Shown: piece after piece, positions 25,686 through 39,419 of the stretch | Position numbering within the stretch: the stretch's first letter is position 1 | Layout: the number at the start of each line of letters is the position of its first letter | NCBI RefSeq assembly: GCF_018977255.1 | Contig: NW_024704742.1 | Location: 124,312,001-124,376,000 of the forward strand | DNA: 64,000 bases | Reading direction: 5' to 3' | Origin: Callorhinchus milii | Taxonomy: Eukaryota | Translations under genes and position numbers: made by a program | Notes under the pieces: generated by a model | Told to the model about the DNA's origin: nothing | The model's database searches: none | Seen by the model: the letters and a program-made list of their open reading frames with translations, nothing else

Positions 25686-27051
25686 AGATGACTCAAGGGC
25701 ACCGGAGAGGGAGTGGGGCTGAATTTTTTCCAGGGATGGGAGGAGATCGAAGTGGGGTGGAGAAGCACTACATTGAGTTCCATACCAATTTGGGTTTATC
25801 CTTTTAATCTGCAACTAGGATTGTCCTTTGAATTTTCAACGAATGTATCCATTAGGACCTTAAGAGCCAATTTGTTGATATATTATTCCATTATATTCTC
25901 ATACTTTGTGTTGTTGTACTTTGTTTCAAAGTATGATGTCATTTACATGAAACTGTTTTGGTGAAGATTAAATGTTTTGAGGATTAAGTGGAGTGAAATC
26001 CCATTCGGGTGAGATCAATGTCTGATGCTGACTCTGGAGAATTAGATTTATGTGTATGTTTATTTCTGCTGAGTTAAGTCTTCCAAATGGCTAGTGTGTT
26101 GAATGAAATGATAAAGTGGCAATCATTCACTTTCAAGTATGTTGTAAATCATTACAGTAACACAGTCTCTTTGAGAAGAGGCTTTATTCTTGTCTGTCAT
26201 GTACTTGGTTGCAGTCAGACTGAAATTTAGCAAAAGTACTTTTCTTTAACATGGCTTTATGTATTCTGTTCCTTTGTTTGATGTAGCACATCTAATGGGT
26301 GTAGCACATTAGAATACATCATAGAAAATTATTTATTGAAATAAAGCACTTAGAAATTATGGTCTTGTCACCTTAAATTATGAAGTTCTCATAACCTAAT
26401 GGGGGTGTCATCAGTGAGACGATCTTAATAATGTACAGAATCCTTTGCTTCCCCTTTCCTATTGATTAGAATAGGGGGAGAATAATCCCCATGTGTGAAT
26501 CCCGCACACAGTAAGGATGCTTGATTTTGGTAGTTGGAGCAGGGATTGTGGACGGCAGACGAGGCAGGGAAAGATAACTGAGAGAGTGAATGGCAAAAGG
26601 GTTAAAATATTAACCAGAATCTACAAACCTGTTCACACATTTTGTGGATAGGACATATTTTATCAGCAAATTGCAGTTTTTTCAGAAAGCTCCAGAGCCA
26701 GAGTCTTACAATAATCTGAGCTATTGCTTTTTGTCAGATAATTCTTTTTAAATTGCTAACAGCACCTCTGTTGTTTACAGACCTTTAATACTGTGGTATT
26801 TTACCTAGTTAATCCTCACAGGAATGTCCATATCTTTCACAGACATATTCCTATTTGCATATTTATTTTGTAATTTTAAGTGCTGTCTGTATTTGGGATG
26901 CAGTAAAAACATTTACTGCTAATTACAATTGCTCTTCATATTCTGGAATTGGAAACTCAGAATTATTGCGTCTCTGTGAGAAACATAAAGCAACTTTGTG
27001 TACAGCTGAATGATTGAGAAAGGTGCAAGGTCAAACTACAAGAAAATTTAG

Positions 27052-27266
27052 AGCACTCACCTCGCAAGCAAGAGGACCTAGGTTTGATTCCTGGCAGGGT
27101 GAAACACTGGGCAAGTTTCCTTTCTCCACATGCCTGTTTACTTAGCAGTAAGTAGAAACATGGTTGTTAGTCAATTGGTGGATCGCTTTTCTGGGCGTAA
27201 AAAAAAATAATAATTTGGTCACTCAATCCACGACTGTTTGTGGGACACTGCTGTGCGCAATTGGCA
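27052..27266 (+). mobile_element. Long-form SINE, 5' two-thirds
   Basis: AGAGCACTCACCTCGCAAGC, B-box-like GGTTTGATTCC, GGGCAAGTTTCC and GTTTGTGGGACACTGCTGTGCGCAATTGGC. Confidence 0.82.
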
Positions 27267-27409
27267 ATATAAAGAACGACCAATTAGAGGTGTCCGAGCT
27301 CTTTGACAACGCTTTCGGTCAATTTTCCCCTCGCTACCTTCCTTGCCTCCCACCCCACCTTCGGTGCCCAGCCAGCAGTGTCAAATGCTTTAGGATGTCA
27401 TTCCGATAT

Positions 27410-27850
27410 GAACAACAGTTTGTATTCATATAGCTCTCTCCACGTAGGTAGCATCTTGGAGCATTTAACAGTTGGGTGGTCTGACGCTGATCTGGAAGGA
27501 AGAGTAGGTGACTGAAGGCAGTCAAAACGGAAGGTCTTCAAGAGTGATTTGAAGACAGGCAAAGAGGGGGCAAGATGGAGAGATTGAGGCAAGGAGTTCC
27601 AGAGATTCGGGACACAGTGGCTGTGGAGTGGAGGGGACGAGGGACATACAAGAGGCCAGAGGCAGACGAGTGAAAGGAAGTGGGTAATGGAGTGGAGTGC
27701 AAACAGATCAGAGAGCTAGGGAGATGCCAGGGCATGAAGAGATTTGCAAGTGAGGGTGAGGGTCTTGAAATGATTCCATTTTGCAACACGGAGTCAGTGG
27801 AGCGTGGCAAGAACTTGGTGATGGGGATTCGGAAACTAATAGATTGGGCA
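27410..27850 (-). mobile_element. Old L2 3' fragment
   Basis: Minus-strand ORFs read PQSLHLAPSLPVFKSLLKTFRFD and SASGLLYVPRP, matching the L2 ORF2 C-terminus. Confidence 0.75.
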
Positions 27851-30769
27851 GTACAGTTTTGTGTGACATACTTTCGGTTAACAGAAGATCTTCATTTGCG
27901 AGTTTTGTATCCTGTAGTCCTTGTTTATGGGGAGAGCATTGGAAAAGGGCTATATAAATGTATTTTTTATTTTTGTGTTGTATTTGGTCACTTATACAAA
28001 TTACTGGCTTTATGAGAGAACTGTAGAGGATTGGTGGAGGGAAGAAGAAAGGCACTGACATTTAATTCATAGTGTCACCTGATGGGATTCTTTAATAATC
28101 CTATTAAAATTCCCATTGATCCATAAGAACTCTACTCCGGAAGTTGGTGTGACATACTTCTGGTTACCGGAAGGGGGCCCCATTTGCGAGACTGATTCTT
28201 TATTAAGGACTCCTGTTAAATACCACAAATTAGATGCTACTGCTCAGAGCACTTTGCAGAAAGCTGCAAGATGTTTTTTTGCTTCTCCTTGATTCAGATT
28301 GCACTATCATTTGGAAATTTTTCTGAAAGAAAACATTTACTTCATCACAAATGTATTTTGCTCAGTGGCAAATTATAAGCTGAATGGGCTTGTCAGTTTG
28401 GGAGGTGGTGAAGGAAACCTAGAAACGGAAATGTTATAAGCCTAAATTGCTTAAAATATAAAGGAAAATGTTACATTTCATTGATCTAGCTCATCAAAAT
28501 TAGCAAATCAGCAACTGAGGACGGAGGCTAAGTGATCAGTGGTTACTGATCGGAGACTTAGTAGGCTAGTTGCTGTTGTTTTAAGCTTCGCCTCAGTAAT
28601 GATCGGATACATAACTCTAAACTGAGCAGATGACTCAAACTCCATGCAGATATACATGCTTATAGTTATCCATTATGTCTACCAAGAGGAGGTCTGGGAT
28701 GCGCATAACTGGGTGTAACAACCACAACTTGGATTTATATAGCACCCTTCATGTGGGGTAGCATCCCAGAGCACTTATATCAAATGTCCTGCTAACTTGG
28801 CCTCACACAGTATATAGCAGCATAGTTTTAGGAGAATATTTCTAATCATTTGGGAGAAGGTTGATCCTGCAAAACAATTTATTTCTCAGAATATTTGTGT
28901 CAGCAATGATTCAACTCCACATCATTCCATCCCTCAGTTCTAATTTGTTTTTTAAACTACACACCCAACTGCTGCAAATTAAAATTTGTAAAATGATTCA
29001 TCTTGATTTGATCATTCTCCACAGCCTTCATGGGGTAAAATATAAAAGAAGCATTATGAATTACTCTATTTAATACTATAACAGCTCTGTTTTGACCAAT
29101 AGACTTGACTTCTAATTATAATGTTACATGACTGAACAATTTATGAAACTTACAAAATTTAGTTCTTTCCCTTGATACTGTATACAAATTCTAAGTGATT
29201 ATTCTTCTGTTAAGTCCCATTGGGGGAGTGTTAATTTATTGTACTATTTAATATGTATTCAGTGGGAAATCAGAATGTTACTTTTTATGGGAACTGTGAA
29301 TAGGGAAACTGCTCTTTCTCATGGATTAATGCAATATTTGAGTCTGGATTCCAGGAGTTTCTTCCCACTCAGTGAGGTGGTTTCTCAGCCAAACAACAAG
29401 TCCTATTGACACTGAGACTTGACCAACTATAAAATACCTTGTGGGTGGGAGGGATACGTGTGTGAAAAGAAGTCTATTAAAATGTAAAGTTGGGAGACAG
29501 CTGCATTACAACAAGTTACTATTCAGATTGCTTTCAAACCAGTTACACTGATTATTTGAAACCTAAGTAAATTTTTATTTAGTTCATATACATTCGCATG
29601 ACAGTATGTTGTTTCAGACGAGATTAATAATGAGTGATATTGATTCTCGTTAAAAGATTGTTGATAAAATCTACACCATGCTTTTGTAAATATTACAGTG
29701 ACATCAGTAGTGTAATAAGATGACAGAGCCTAGTTGAATTTCTAAGTACAATCATAGTTTAAAGTATAGAAACAAACCTACAAATTAAGATAATTTTAAA
29801 GAAATTATGATGGTTAAAATGATCAAATTGAGATTAGGGTTGAAATTGTCTTGTCTTTGAGGAGAATTGAAAGGATTTTGCCTATTTTACAAGATGCTTT
29901 TCTATTCACCTGTTCATACACATATGTTTTATTTTCGATCTTCTTTCAGAGTGATGTGGAGCGGGAAGAATAAATACCACTTGCCTGTAATTTGGGCTTT
30001 CTGCTTCTCTAGGAGGAGCAAAACTCCTTCTCCCCCATAAGACCCTAACATTAAGGATTTTTTGTTAACAGTATTTGTGATTCTCCATTGTGTATGTGAA
30101 CAATTGGACCTGATCACTGTCTGCAGACCTGGGTATGTTTGAGATGTAAATATTACAGGATGTATGAAACAGAACTGGCAGGAATACATTCATATTCCCT
30201 TGGGATGTGATTAAGTAATGCAAAAGAAGCCATTTCTAATGTATGAGGTCCATTTCAGAAACAGCAAACAAGTTAATAAGGCATACAGTTTCAATCAGAT
30301 GCAACTGTTATTTTTTGTTTGTTGTATTTCCGATTTAGCAAAACTTTTAATTGTATCCATACTTTTCATGTCTTTACTCTTTGGATTACAGACAAAAATG
30401 CAGGGAAGAAATGTCTGGTATAAAGAAAGCTCAGATGTCCTGATAGACTTTATTTAGCTGAATGTTGACATAACCAAAGCCATTCTGTTTAACCTCTAAC
30501 ACCCCCAAAACATGTCCTCACCTCTGCCTTGACTGTATCAACCTCTCCGGGTGCGCAGCACAGAAAGTTCACATTCTTCGTGATTTCTTCATCAACAACA
30601 ATTTGTGTTTATATAGGACCCTTCATGTGGGGTAGTATCATGGAGCGCATAATTCTCAGCTTTCCATTAAGCCTGGTCTTGACCAAGACTTCTTTCCTAA
30701 TGCTGCTGAAACCCTCATCCACACCTTTGTACCACCCACCTTGATTTCTCTAAAATACATTTCTCGCTG

Positions 30770-30955
30770 GTCTCCTCAGTTCCACCACCCACAACATCCA
30801 ACTCATACAAAACTCCACTACCCATATGCTGACCCACACCAGCTCTGCACACCCATCACCCCAATCCTCACCAGGCTCCACTTACACACAACTCCCTTGA
30901 TACTCTGAGATGCCATACTGTATAAAGGGTGCTATATAAATGCAAGTTGTTGTTT
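30770..30955 (+). mobile_element. Old L2 fragment with tail
   Basis: TCCAACTCATACAAAACTC...CACCCATCACCCCAATCCTC and GGTGCTATATAAATGCAAGTTGTTG. Confidence 0.6.
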
Positions 30956-33900
30956 CCTCCACCTCTGCAATATCACCTGTCTCTTTGAGTTTTCAATCAT
31001 CTAACGTTTCCCTCTCTGAAACCCAGTGTTTAAGTGCTTGTTGTTATTTTCTGTCGCTCATGATCTAAGCACATTGATGCCTCATTCTTATATTCAAGTC
31101 TTTATTCAATAATAAAATAATTGCAAAACTGCAATAATGTTTAAGGAGAATTTTCAAAATGGAAAAATTAACCAAAGCCTTTTTATTGTAATATTGTTTC
31201 TATAATTTGTGTTTCACTTCAGTGAAAAGACTGAGCGGATCTGTTTAGAAACAGCAGCAAACTTCAATATCCTTTCTTTCAAAGTAATAACTTTTCACAG
31301 TGGTAATTAAAATGTTGTTTTTTAAATATATATTAGCTTTGTTATTTGCATTGTCCAGTGATACATGAGTGTGGTGCCGTGAGCACAGCCGTTCCCACCA
31401 ACCCCTGCTGTTCAGTACATTCAGTGGAACCTCTCAACACTGAGATTCTGGGCCTTAAAGTTATTAAGGAAATTGGAATGATCCTGATGCACCTTAATAA
31501 ATTTTGAAGGCTAGAATGGCAGATTTATATTGGAAGGCAGCTGTTGTAGGTCTTTTTCTATACTTGAAACTATGATTGTACTTAGAAATGCAACAAGGCT
31601 CTGTCATCTTATTACACTATTAATGTGACTTTAAAACTCAAACCCAATAATAAAATATGAAATGGACTGCTTTTGTTATGAATACGTTAGACTGAAGCAT
31701 AACTGTTGCATTTTCCACGCAAGTTTGATTTTGGCATACCAACATTTTTTGATTCAGAAATTGCCTCTAATTGAGTGTTTCTGTGCACCTTTATTCTAGC
31801 TGTACTTCTCTTCTTGTCTCTATTTCTTGCACTCTGACTTTCACTTTCTTCCTCTCCTTTATTGAATGGTTCCTTTCGCTTTTCCTTTGTGCGCTATGCC
31901 TGCTTGTGTCTTCATCATGGAATTTAGACACCAACACCACTCAAATGTTTTGTGGTTTAAAGCAGACACAAGCTGTGTATGTTTAAGAGCATCCACTTGA
32001 CTAATCTGTACTGCATAACTGTACAATATGTGTTCACATCTGGCCCACCTACATCCAAACTGCATACATGCTTTGTTCATGAAGAATATACATTTTTAAC
32101 TAACCTTGGAAAACTGAAACATTTTACATAATTTGCAATTTATCATTGCCTTCATATACATCTGACCACTGCCATGGTTTTAATGAACTGATCGCCGTAG
32201 AATTATTCATTGGTGTAAAATCCAACATGTATTAACTAATGAGATATTTGTATGTTATGGGGAATAGCATACCATAAATATGAGAAATAAACAGTATAAC
32301 CAGCAGATCACAACTTATTCTGTCCATTATTGTTGAATTTATTATTTTTCTTTAAAGTTGTATCTGTGTTATACTTAATTAGTAGGTTGGAATTTTTCCT
32401 TGCTCTAGACATGATCTTTGAAGTTCGAAACAGAGATTACTTTTATTTGTGTCATGCATGTGCGTTTATCTAGGATGCTGTCGCAGAACATCACTTAAAA
32501 ATGGGTGCCATGTGGTGTGATGGGCAGCTTGTTAAAAGCTAATTGACTCTGATCTCTGTTAATTAGTACAAGTAAATGTTATAATGAGGCTTTCAAGAGA
32601 TCATCTGTGATAGATGAAAGCAGGGGTTTTACTCAGTGTCAAGGCCTTGCTGGTAATTATCGAGCCTACTGACCCAAGAGCAGGAAGGTCTACCAGTAAG
32701 GTGGCCCAGTAATAGGGGCTTTGTCCACGTTTTGTTGTAGCTTATTTAAATGAACACTTTGTGATACAAGCATAAGTCAGCTCAATTCCAGATAACAGCT
32801 GTTTTTAAAGCCTCTGTGAACATGAGTCACAGATTTGTTGTTACCTTCTAGTTATGTATTTTTAATGTTTGTATGAGGTTATGACACGCACACTGGAGTT
32901 TCTCGGAGTACTTATGCTGTATTATAATCAGGCATCAATTCAATCCAGAGCTTGTAGTATAGGGCTTCAAAGCCAACATCATAATTATGATACCTGTTCA
33001 GATTTGCTCCAGTTCCGGAATTGCTCCAAGGGAAGGAGAGCTCTGTGCACACACATTTGCAAATGCATAGATCAGTGCACAATGCATTTTAATTTTCAAA
33101 GTTATTAAAGAGATCGGTTAGATATCAGCTAGTTATCAAAGAGGTAAGAGTGTGGCCTACTTTCTAATATAATCTAAATCCTCAGTGGCCTGACATGTTA
33201 AATTGGAGATATATTAGAGACGATGTGAGGCAAAATTTGAGTCTCAGTCTTCCAAATGAGGAATCATACTAAACAATTTGTGTTTACTTGATGTGGAAAC
33301 GAGTTAATGTGCATGGAAACTGTATCTGAGGATAACGAGACAAGTTTTTTTTAGTGGGGTGGGGGAGGAGGCGTTGAATTTTATTTATGTGAAGAGCTGT
33401 AAACCAAAAGGCAGTTTAAAACATGACTTCTAATGTGTTTCCGAGCATTTTACCTTTAATAATGATGTGTGTGCCTAGTTGACAGTTTCATTAACCAGTA
33501 GCCTTATAAATGAGAGTCTTAGAATGGAGGTGGGGTGTACTTTTGGGGAGACCCAGATTTTAGTCTGAATTGGCATGACAATAGGTCAGCCTATGTCTGG
33601 AATGCACATGATCAAGACACAATATGTGCTGCCTGTGACTGGTGATTTGGAAATGGGATTTTTCTCTTCCACTGCTGCTCATGCTTAATACTGAATAGCT
33701 TACTTGACAGAAACCAGACTGGAGAAGATTAATCGTGCAGATTCATAGTTAAAATCTTTGATGGCAACATTTTGATTAGACTTTATGTTTCAGTCATTTT
33801 TGCCCAGGCTTTGTTGCACTTATTGTCTGAGTGTTTAGGGCGGTTCAGAGCTTGTGTCACAGCAACATTTGCCATCCATTTAAGAATTAAAACTAAGTAG

Positions 33901-34202
33901 ACTTGATTAAATTCAACATGGAAACAGAGTTCAAATGGAAAGTGTCTGACATGCATGAGTTCATGTCACTTAATTTACTGTTTCTATTTATTTTTGAACA
34001 ATCCATTAACTGTTGCATTAAATCAAACAATGGGGAGAAGAGAAGAAGCATTGAATGCAGCTGAGTCGGCCACTGGACATTCTTTGTCACTTATTTTAGA
34101 TAATTGTGGAAATGACGAGACATTTAAGGATTTTGTCTATGCATTAAAATAAGTGATGAAATTCCATTTGAGAAATGTAATGTACCTTTAAAGCAATGTA
34201 AT

Positions 34203-34420
34203 GCCTAATAATAATCCCTCCAAAACCAAAAACAATAATAAATTGGTCATTTTCAATCTACGACTGCTTGTGGGACATTGCTGTGCGCAATTGGCTGCCG
34301 CGTTCGCCCACAAATATACAGTCAATTCACTTTACAGTGTGTTCTGTGAAGCGCTTTGGGACGTCCTCCTGACGTGAAAAGCGCTATATCAAATGCAAGG
34401 ATTATTATTATTATTATTAT
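34203..34420 (+). mobile_element. Young short-form SINE, 5'-truncated
   Basis: Nearly identical to 19646-19860, with a (TTA)n tail. Confidence 0.9.
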
Positions 34421-37251
34421 TTCCTTACTTGATGCTACTACGTACATTGGGCTACAGGAAATCCGAGACCTTCTCAAGACGTGCCTTCAATACCTCAATA
34501 CAGTTTCTCCCTATAACCTCTTAGTACTTTCAATGGCCACAAGGATTGAAGTCGTGAGACATGTGTCCTCCTTTTTGATTGTTTTTGTTACGAGACCGTA
34601 ATATGCCATAGTAAAGCTCTACCGGTGCTGATGATGGAACATAAGTGTCTGCTGAAAATTTAACAACATAGCACACATTACCTGTGTTTGCCTAGTGCTA
34701 GACATTGCCTTAGGGTCTAGAGAATTACACTGTCATGAAGAGGATATGCTAACCAATTAAGCATTTGATTTGCTTTTGTCACATATTTGAAGCTGATCCA
34801 GAACCAGAAAAAATAACTTTCTAGAAAGACATACCTGCATTTATAGAAAGAACTGTGTAACTGTCTGGACCAACACCTTTACATGCTAGGGGGGCAGTTT
34901 AAGTTGTCTACCACTATTGACTTAGGAAAGATTAAAAACTATAAACTAGTTTATCGAAGCAAAACCAGCCTAAGGCATTTAGAGATTGTGTCAAGGCCTG
35001 TAAAGTATCTGCCATGTGTGTACAATACTGGTATTTTGATAATCAAATGCTGTAAAAGATTAGAAACTTGTATCAGATTCTTAGCTGTACAGGCATGTTT
35101 TATTTCATTACACCTTTGCTAAGATTAATAGTTCTCTGTTAAGATTATTTTGTACATAAAAGATTGTGCAAGTATATAATCCTTCAACTTTTCAGTTTCA
35201 CATTTGCTGTATAGACTTGCAGATGCCCCAACACCAATGCATGTTGAAATATGAATGAATGTCCATGAGCAAAAACAATCATCTAAATTTGTTGCCATTA
35301 CATTCTGTGTCCACAGCAAAATGAGTTTGGCAACAGCAGCTCAAGTTTTTAGGTCAAATATATTGAGTAGGTGTATACTAAAAAATAAAATACATGCAAC
35401 TTTACAAAAGACAGTTTCTAGAAATCTTTAATCATTTCACCTACAGAAATATTGTTTTGATCCAAGAAAATGGATGTCATGATTTCATTTTGATGTATAT
35501 TTTCTTAAGTATATACATTGCTGATGTGGACACTGGGTGGTCAAGTGTGTGCTTCCAAGCCTGGTATAGGGTATTAATACTTGCTTCACATGAGCTGTGG
35601 GATTTGCATGCTAATTTTTCCAAATTCAATTTCTGTTCAGAGCACTAATTGTTCCATAGCTCTGAATTGACCTAATCTGCATTACACCATAGTCTGCAAA
35701 CTGATCTGCAACTATTTAATCATGGTGATGTACTGCACTATAATGCCTTTGCCCTTCTTGAGTTTTTATTATAAAAAAATCGAGTAAACTCGTCTGCCAC
35801 ATAAATCTGCTTTCACAATTAGTAAGCGCTCAATCCGGAGTGAAGGGCACTGTATAAATGCAAGTTGTTGTAGTCTTAAAATAGAATGAGAGGTGCGTGA
35901 CTAAATTTCTTGTAACCTCTGGTATAATTATAAAGTCTTTGTAATAGAATCCACTTTCCGTGTCTTGAGAATCCACTGGCTGGAGTATTAATATTGATAT
36001 TTTTTGTTAATATACAAAATAATCTTAACCATCACAATCAAAGTAGATTGGGAACTAGTGTTCCGCTTGGTAGAGACAAGCCCTAAAAAACAAGATTGAG
36101 TTGATGAACTGATGAACCAGTTACCTATCTTATGGATTCCCTGCTGGGGTAATTTGTAGTCTTTCTAGAAGCAAATGTGCACCAAATAAATAAGTACATT
36201 TTATTTCCATTCACTGTGATAAATATGGCAAATTGATTTTTTTTGTAAAGCCAAAAAGTTTTTTGGGTAACTTTCTAGAAGTGTCAAGACAATAGCAACC
36301 TGAATTTATATAGTGTGTCACGAAGGATAATGTCTCAGAGCATTTCACAAAGACAAGATTAGAATAAATAAATTCAGGGCCCAGTAGAGTCCCATCAAAC
36401 CTGTACCGTTTTGGCATTTTCAAAATTATTTGAACAGAGTTGACAAAACTGAATTTAAATATGTTGATTCATTGCACTAATCACTTCAAACCTTTCCCTT
36501 AAGTTTCAATGTCTATTTAATCAAATTAGATGTTACCTATATACATTAGGATATTGCTATTTATTGGGAAAGAATATGGGCAGTGCTATGAGCATAAGAT
36601 GGCAGCAATGAGATTCAGGAAAAGAAAAAGGTTCCTCACAATTTCTATAGTTGTAAAGGTCCCCCTCTTCCAATATTAAGTAATTTTATATAAATGTTTA
36701 AGTATTTTGAAAGTCTTGTTTTTGATTTTACATCAAACAACTAAAATACAAAAGGATAACCATTTATACAGTGCTGGAACAGTTAAACAACATTTAAGAA
36801 TAAAGTCAAAGCCAAAAAATAATTAACGTCATGAAAAAATGATCACAGATGTGATTCAGAATCCAGCTGTAGGTTGTACTACATGCGCTTTAACAGATGG
36901 GTATAACTATGAATGTATGGAATATGGAGTTCTTCATTTATTTATTTTTCTTTCCGTTTTTATCCTTGAAGATCCTTGTTTCCTCATATCTTTCTCCAGT
37001 TCAAAGGTCAAGAACTGGAGAAAGTTTTTAGGGGCACAAATGTTTCAATTGCTCAGCTGCCAGTACTGCTTTCTGCTTCATCTGCAGGAAGCACATTTTC
37101 CACTGGCGAAGATCACAAGTGTAATTTTTGTCTCCTCCAATGAGATGCTCTGGTAATATCAATGCAAGGATTATTTTTTATTATTATTAATATGTCTGAT
37201 GTTAAATAAAACAATGCTTGGACATGTGGTTGTGTATACCAGTTGCAGGTA

Positions 37252-39373
37252 CAGTAGAAACCCGGTTTGCGGTCACGGTAATCCAACCACATCACAATTG
37301 CGGTCACATTTTCACAGTCTCTTTCATGGTCTACACTAAAAGATAGGCTGTCAGCTTCAGTAAACCGGGCACCACAGGATAACGGTCATTGATTGTGGCC
37401 CCCTCCACTTCAAACGTGGTACAAACACCCCTTTCACTACTAACCTGTACACAGTGCACTAGGGCTTCTCGCGCTGTTTCCTCGACGCTGCTACTGTGGG
37501 CAGAGTGGGGTCTATTTGCGTATACGTGACGCGGGAAGTGTTGGGATCGCGGAAGTGGTGCGAACGGGAAATTCACTTCACCCGATTCCCGTGGCCTAAC
37601 CTGAACTCCTGCTGCCAATTCTTGGTAAATGCTGTAAACACGCCACCACAGAAGGAGTTGTCCTTACGTGACAGAATGGACTTAATCAAAAACAGTAAGA
37701 GCAAAAATCATAGACAGATAGTCGTGATCTATGACATTGGCAGAACACAAGTTGGATGCATTCTCAAAAGGAAGGCTGATTGAATACTTGATAGCTTTTG
37801 AAGAAAATCAACAGCCTGATAGAAAACGTGTGTGTTTGAACTCTCCAGTATGAGGACATTGATAAACTGACATGGGAGTGGTTCCAGTGTGCTCATGTGA
37901 TACAGGAGAAAGCACTCAGCTTTGCAGCATCACTTGGCAAGACTGGCTTCAAGGCATTAAATGGCTGGCTTGGCCGTTTCAAGTCCAGACACAACATTGG
38001 GCCTGCAATTGTGTCTGGGGAAAAAGGTAATGTTGAGCCTGCTATTGTTGACAACTGGAATGAGAAACTCCCTGAGATTATAGCTGACTATGAACCCAAG
38101 GACATATTTAACATGGATGAATCTGGTGTTGTTTTCAGGGCTCTCCCTTACAGGAGCCTTTCAGTTTGTGGTGATAGCTACTCTGGTGGGAAGAAATCCA
38201 ATGGCCGCATCATAATGTCTTTGACAGTCAACATGGAGGGAGATATTAAATGGACAGTTGTGATAGGGAAGCCTACCAAGTCCCATGCCTTTAGGAATTT
38301 GAACATCAAGACTCAGCTTCCCATCACCTGGTACAGCAATAAAAAGGCATGGATGACCAGTGCCATTTTTACAGAGTGGCTTCAGACCTTCAATAGAAAG
38401 ATGTCAGCACAAGGCAGGTATGTGCTGTTGTTTCTGGACAATACCACATCTCACCCTCACAGCATTTCTACTCTTAACCAATGTCAAGTTAGTGCTTTCC
38501 CAGCTAACACCATATCCATTCTCCAGCTCCTTGTCCAGCACCTCATCCAGAATGTCAAGCTGCTACATTCTACAGGAGGAGTCTTCTATGTAGGTGTGCA
38601 GGCTTCACAAGTTGCCAAATCCATCATTGTTCTTTGTGCAGTCACCTGCATTCATTCAGCAGTCAACACAGTATGTAGATCAACAGTGCTGAAGTGCTTT
38701 GCCAAGGCTGGCTTTAGCATAGATGAGCCTGATGATGTCCCACTTGCCCAGTTGTTGGCTCAGGCCAGTTAGTGCCTGTCACTGGACAACCCTATCCTCA
38801 GTGTCGAGGAGTATGCAGCCATCGACAATGTTGTGCCCTGAACTGAGGACTTGAATGAGGGATGGGAGGAGCGATTTGTGGAGGAGTTTCTACCAGGGAC
38901 CAGGGACACTAAGGAATAGGACGCACAGGAGAAGGAACAGGAAGAGCAACCGACAGCATCAAAGAGCCCTCTCACTTATGCTGATGCACTGGGTTAGTTG
39001 GGACAAGTGAAGGACTTTTCCTTGATCATGGACTCAACGCCTGGCAGATTTTGGCTCATGCTGACGGTCAGCTGCTGGCTAAGGCAGTGCAGGTTAAATC
39101 AGCAGCCAAGCAAACAACACTGAATTCTTTCTTCAAGAAATTAACATTTTGTGTGATTTTAACTTCTCATATGAACTCTAAATAATGAAACCTCAGTTCG
39201 TTTTTAAATGTGACAATGCCTTTATTTTAATGAGATTGCAAATTATGGTTGTTCATCAGCCTTGCCCATTACCAATACCCTTAACATTACATCAGTGACC
39301 TGAAACACCCACCTCATTAAGTAGGTCACTTTTGCCCGGTCACTTGAGTGACCGGATTAGTGAGGTTCTACTG
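37252..39373 (+). mobile_element. Full-length, inactivated pogo/Tigger-family DNA transposon (~2.1 kb)
   Basis: TA on both flanks (37250-37251 and 39374-39375). Imperfect TIRs: CAGTAGAAACCCGGTTTGCGGTCAC on the left, reverse complement CAGTAGAACCTCACTAATCCGGTCAC on the right. A transposase relic lies inside. Confidence 0.9.
37639..39143 (+). pseudogene. Disrupted pogo/Tigger (CENP-B-like) DDE transposase
   Basis: HTH-psq-like KELSLRDRMDLI...IGRTQVGCILKRK, CENP-B HTH IQEKALSFA...FKALNGWLGRFKSRHNI, and DDE_1 motifs IFNMDESG, NKKAWMT and LLFLDN. The third acidic motif (normally QPLDQ) reads QLLVQ. Stops and frameshifts are present. Confidence 0.9.
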
Positions 39374-39419
39374 TATTGGATAAGAGATAGGTTCATTTCA
39401 TACTGGAAAATGTTCAGGA

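Noticed and set aside
28720..28776. Short scattered motifs like CAACAACTTGGATTTATATAGCACCC (also ~17057, 23505, 30595, 35845, 48505, 60072, 63295, 63468) as a new repeat family
   Set aside because: They match the L2/SINE 3' terminus and are best explained as extremely 5'-truncated insertions.
37897..38772. 291-aa ORF as a domesticated TIGD/CENP-B-like gene
   Set aside because: It sits between TIRs with TA flanks, the N-terminal domain is separated by stops and frameshifts, and the C-terminal half is frameshifted. This is a decaying transposon.
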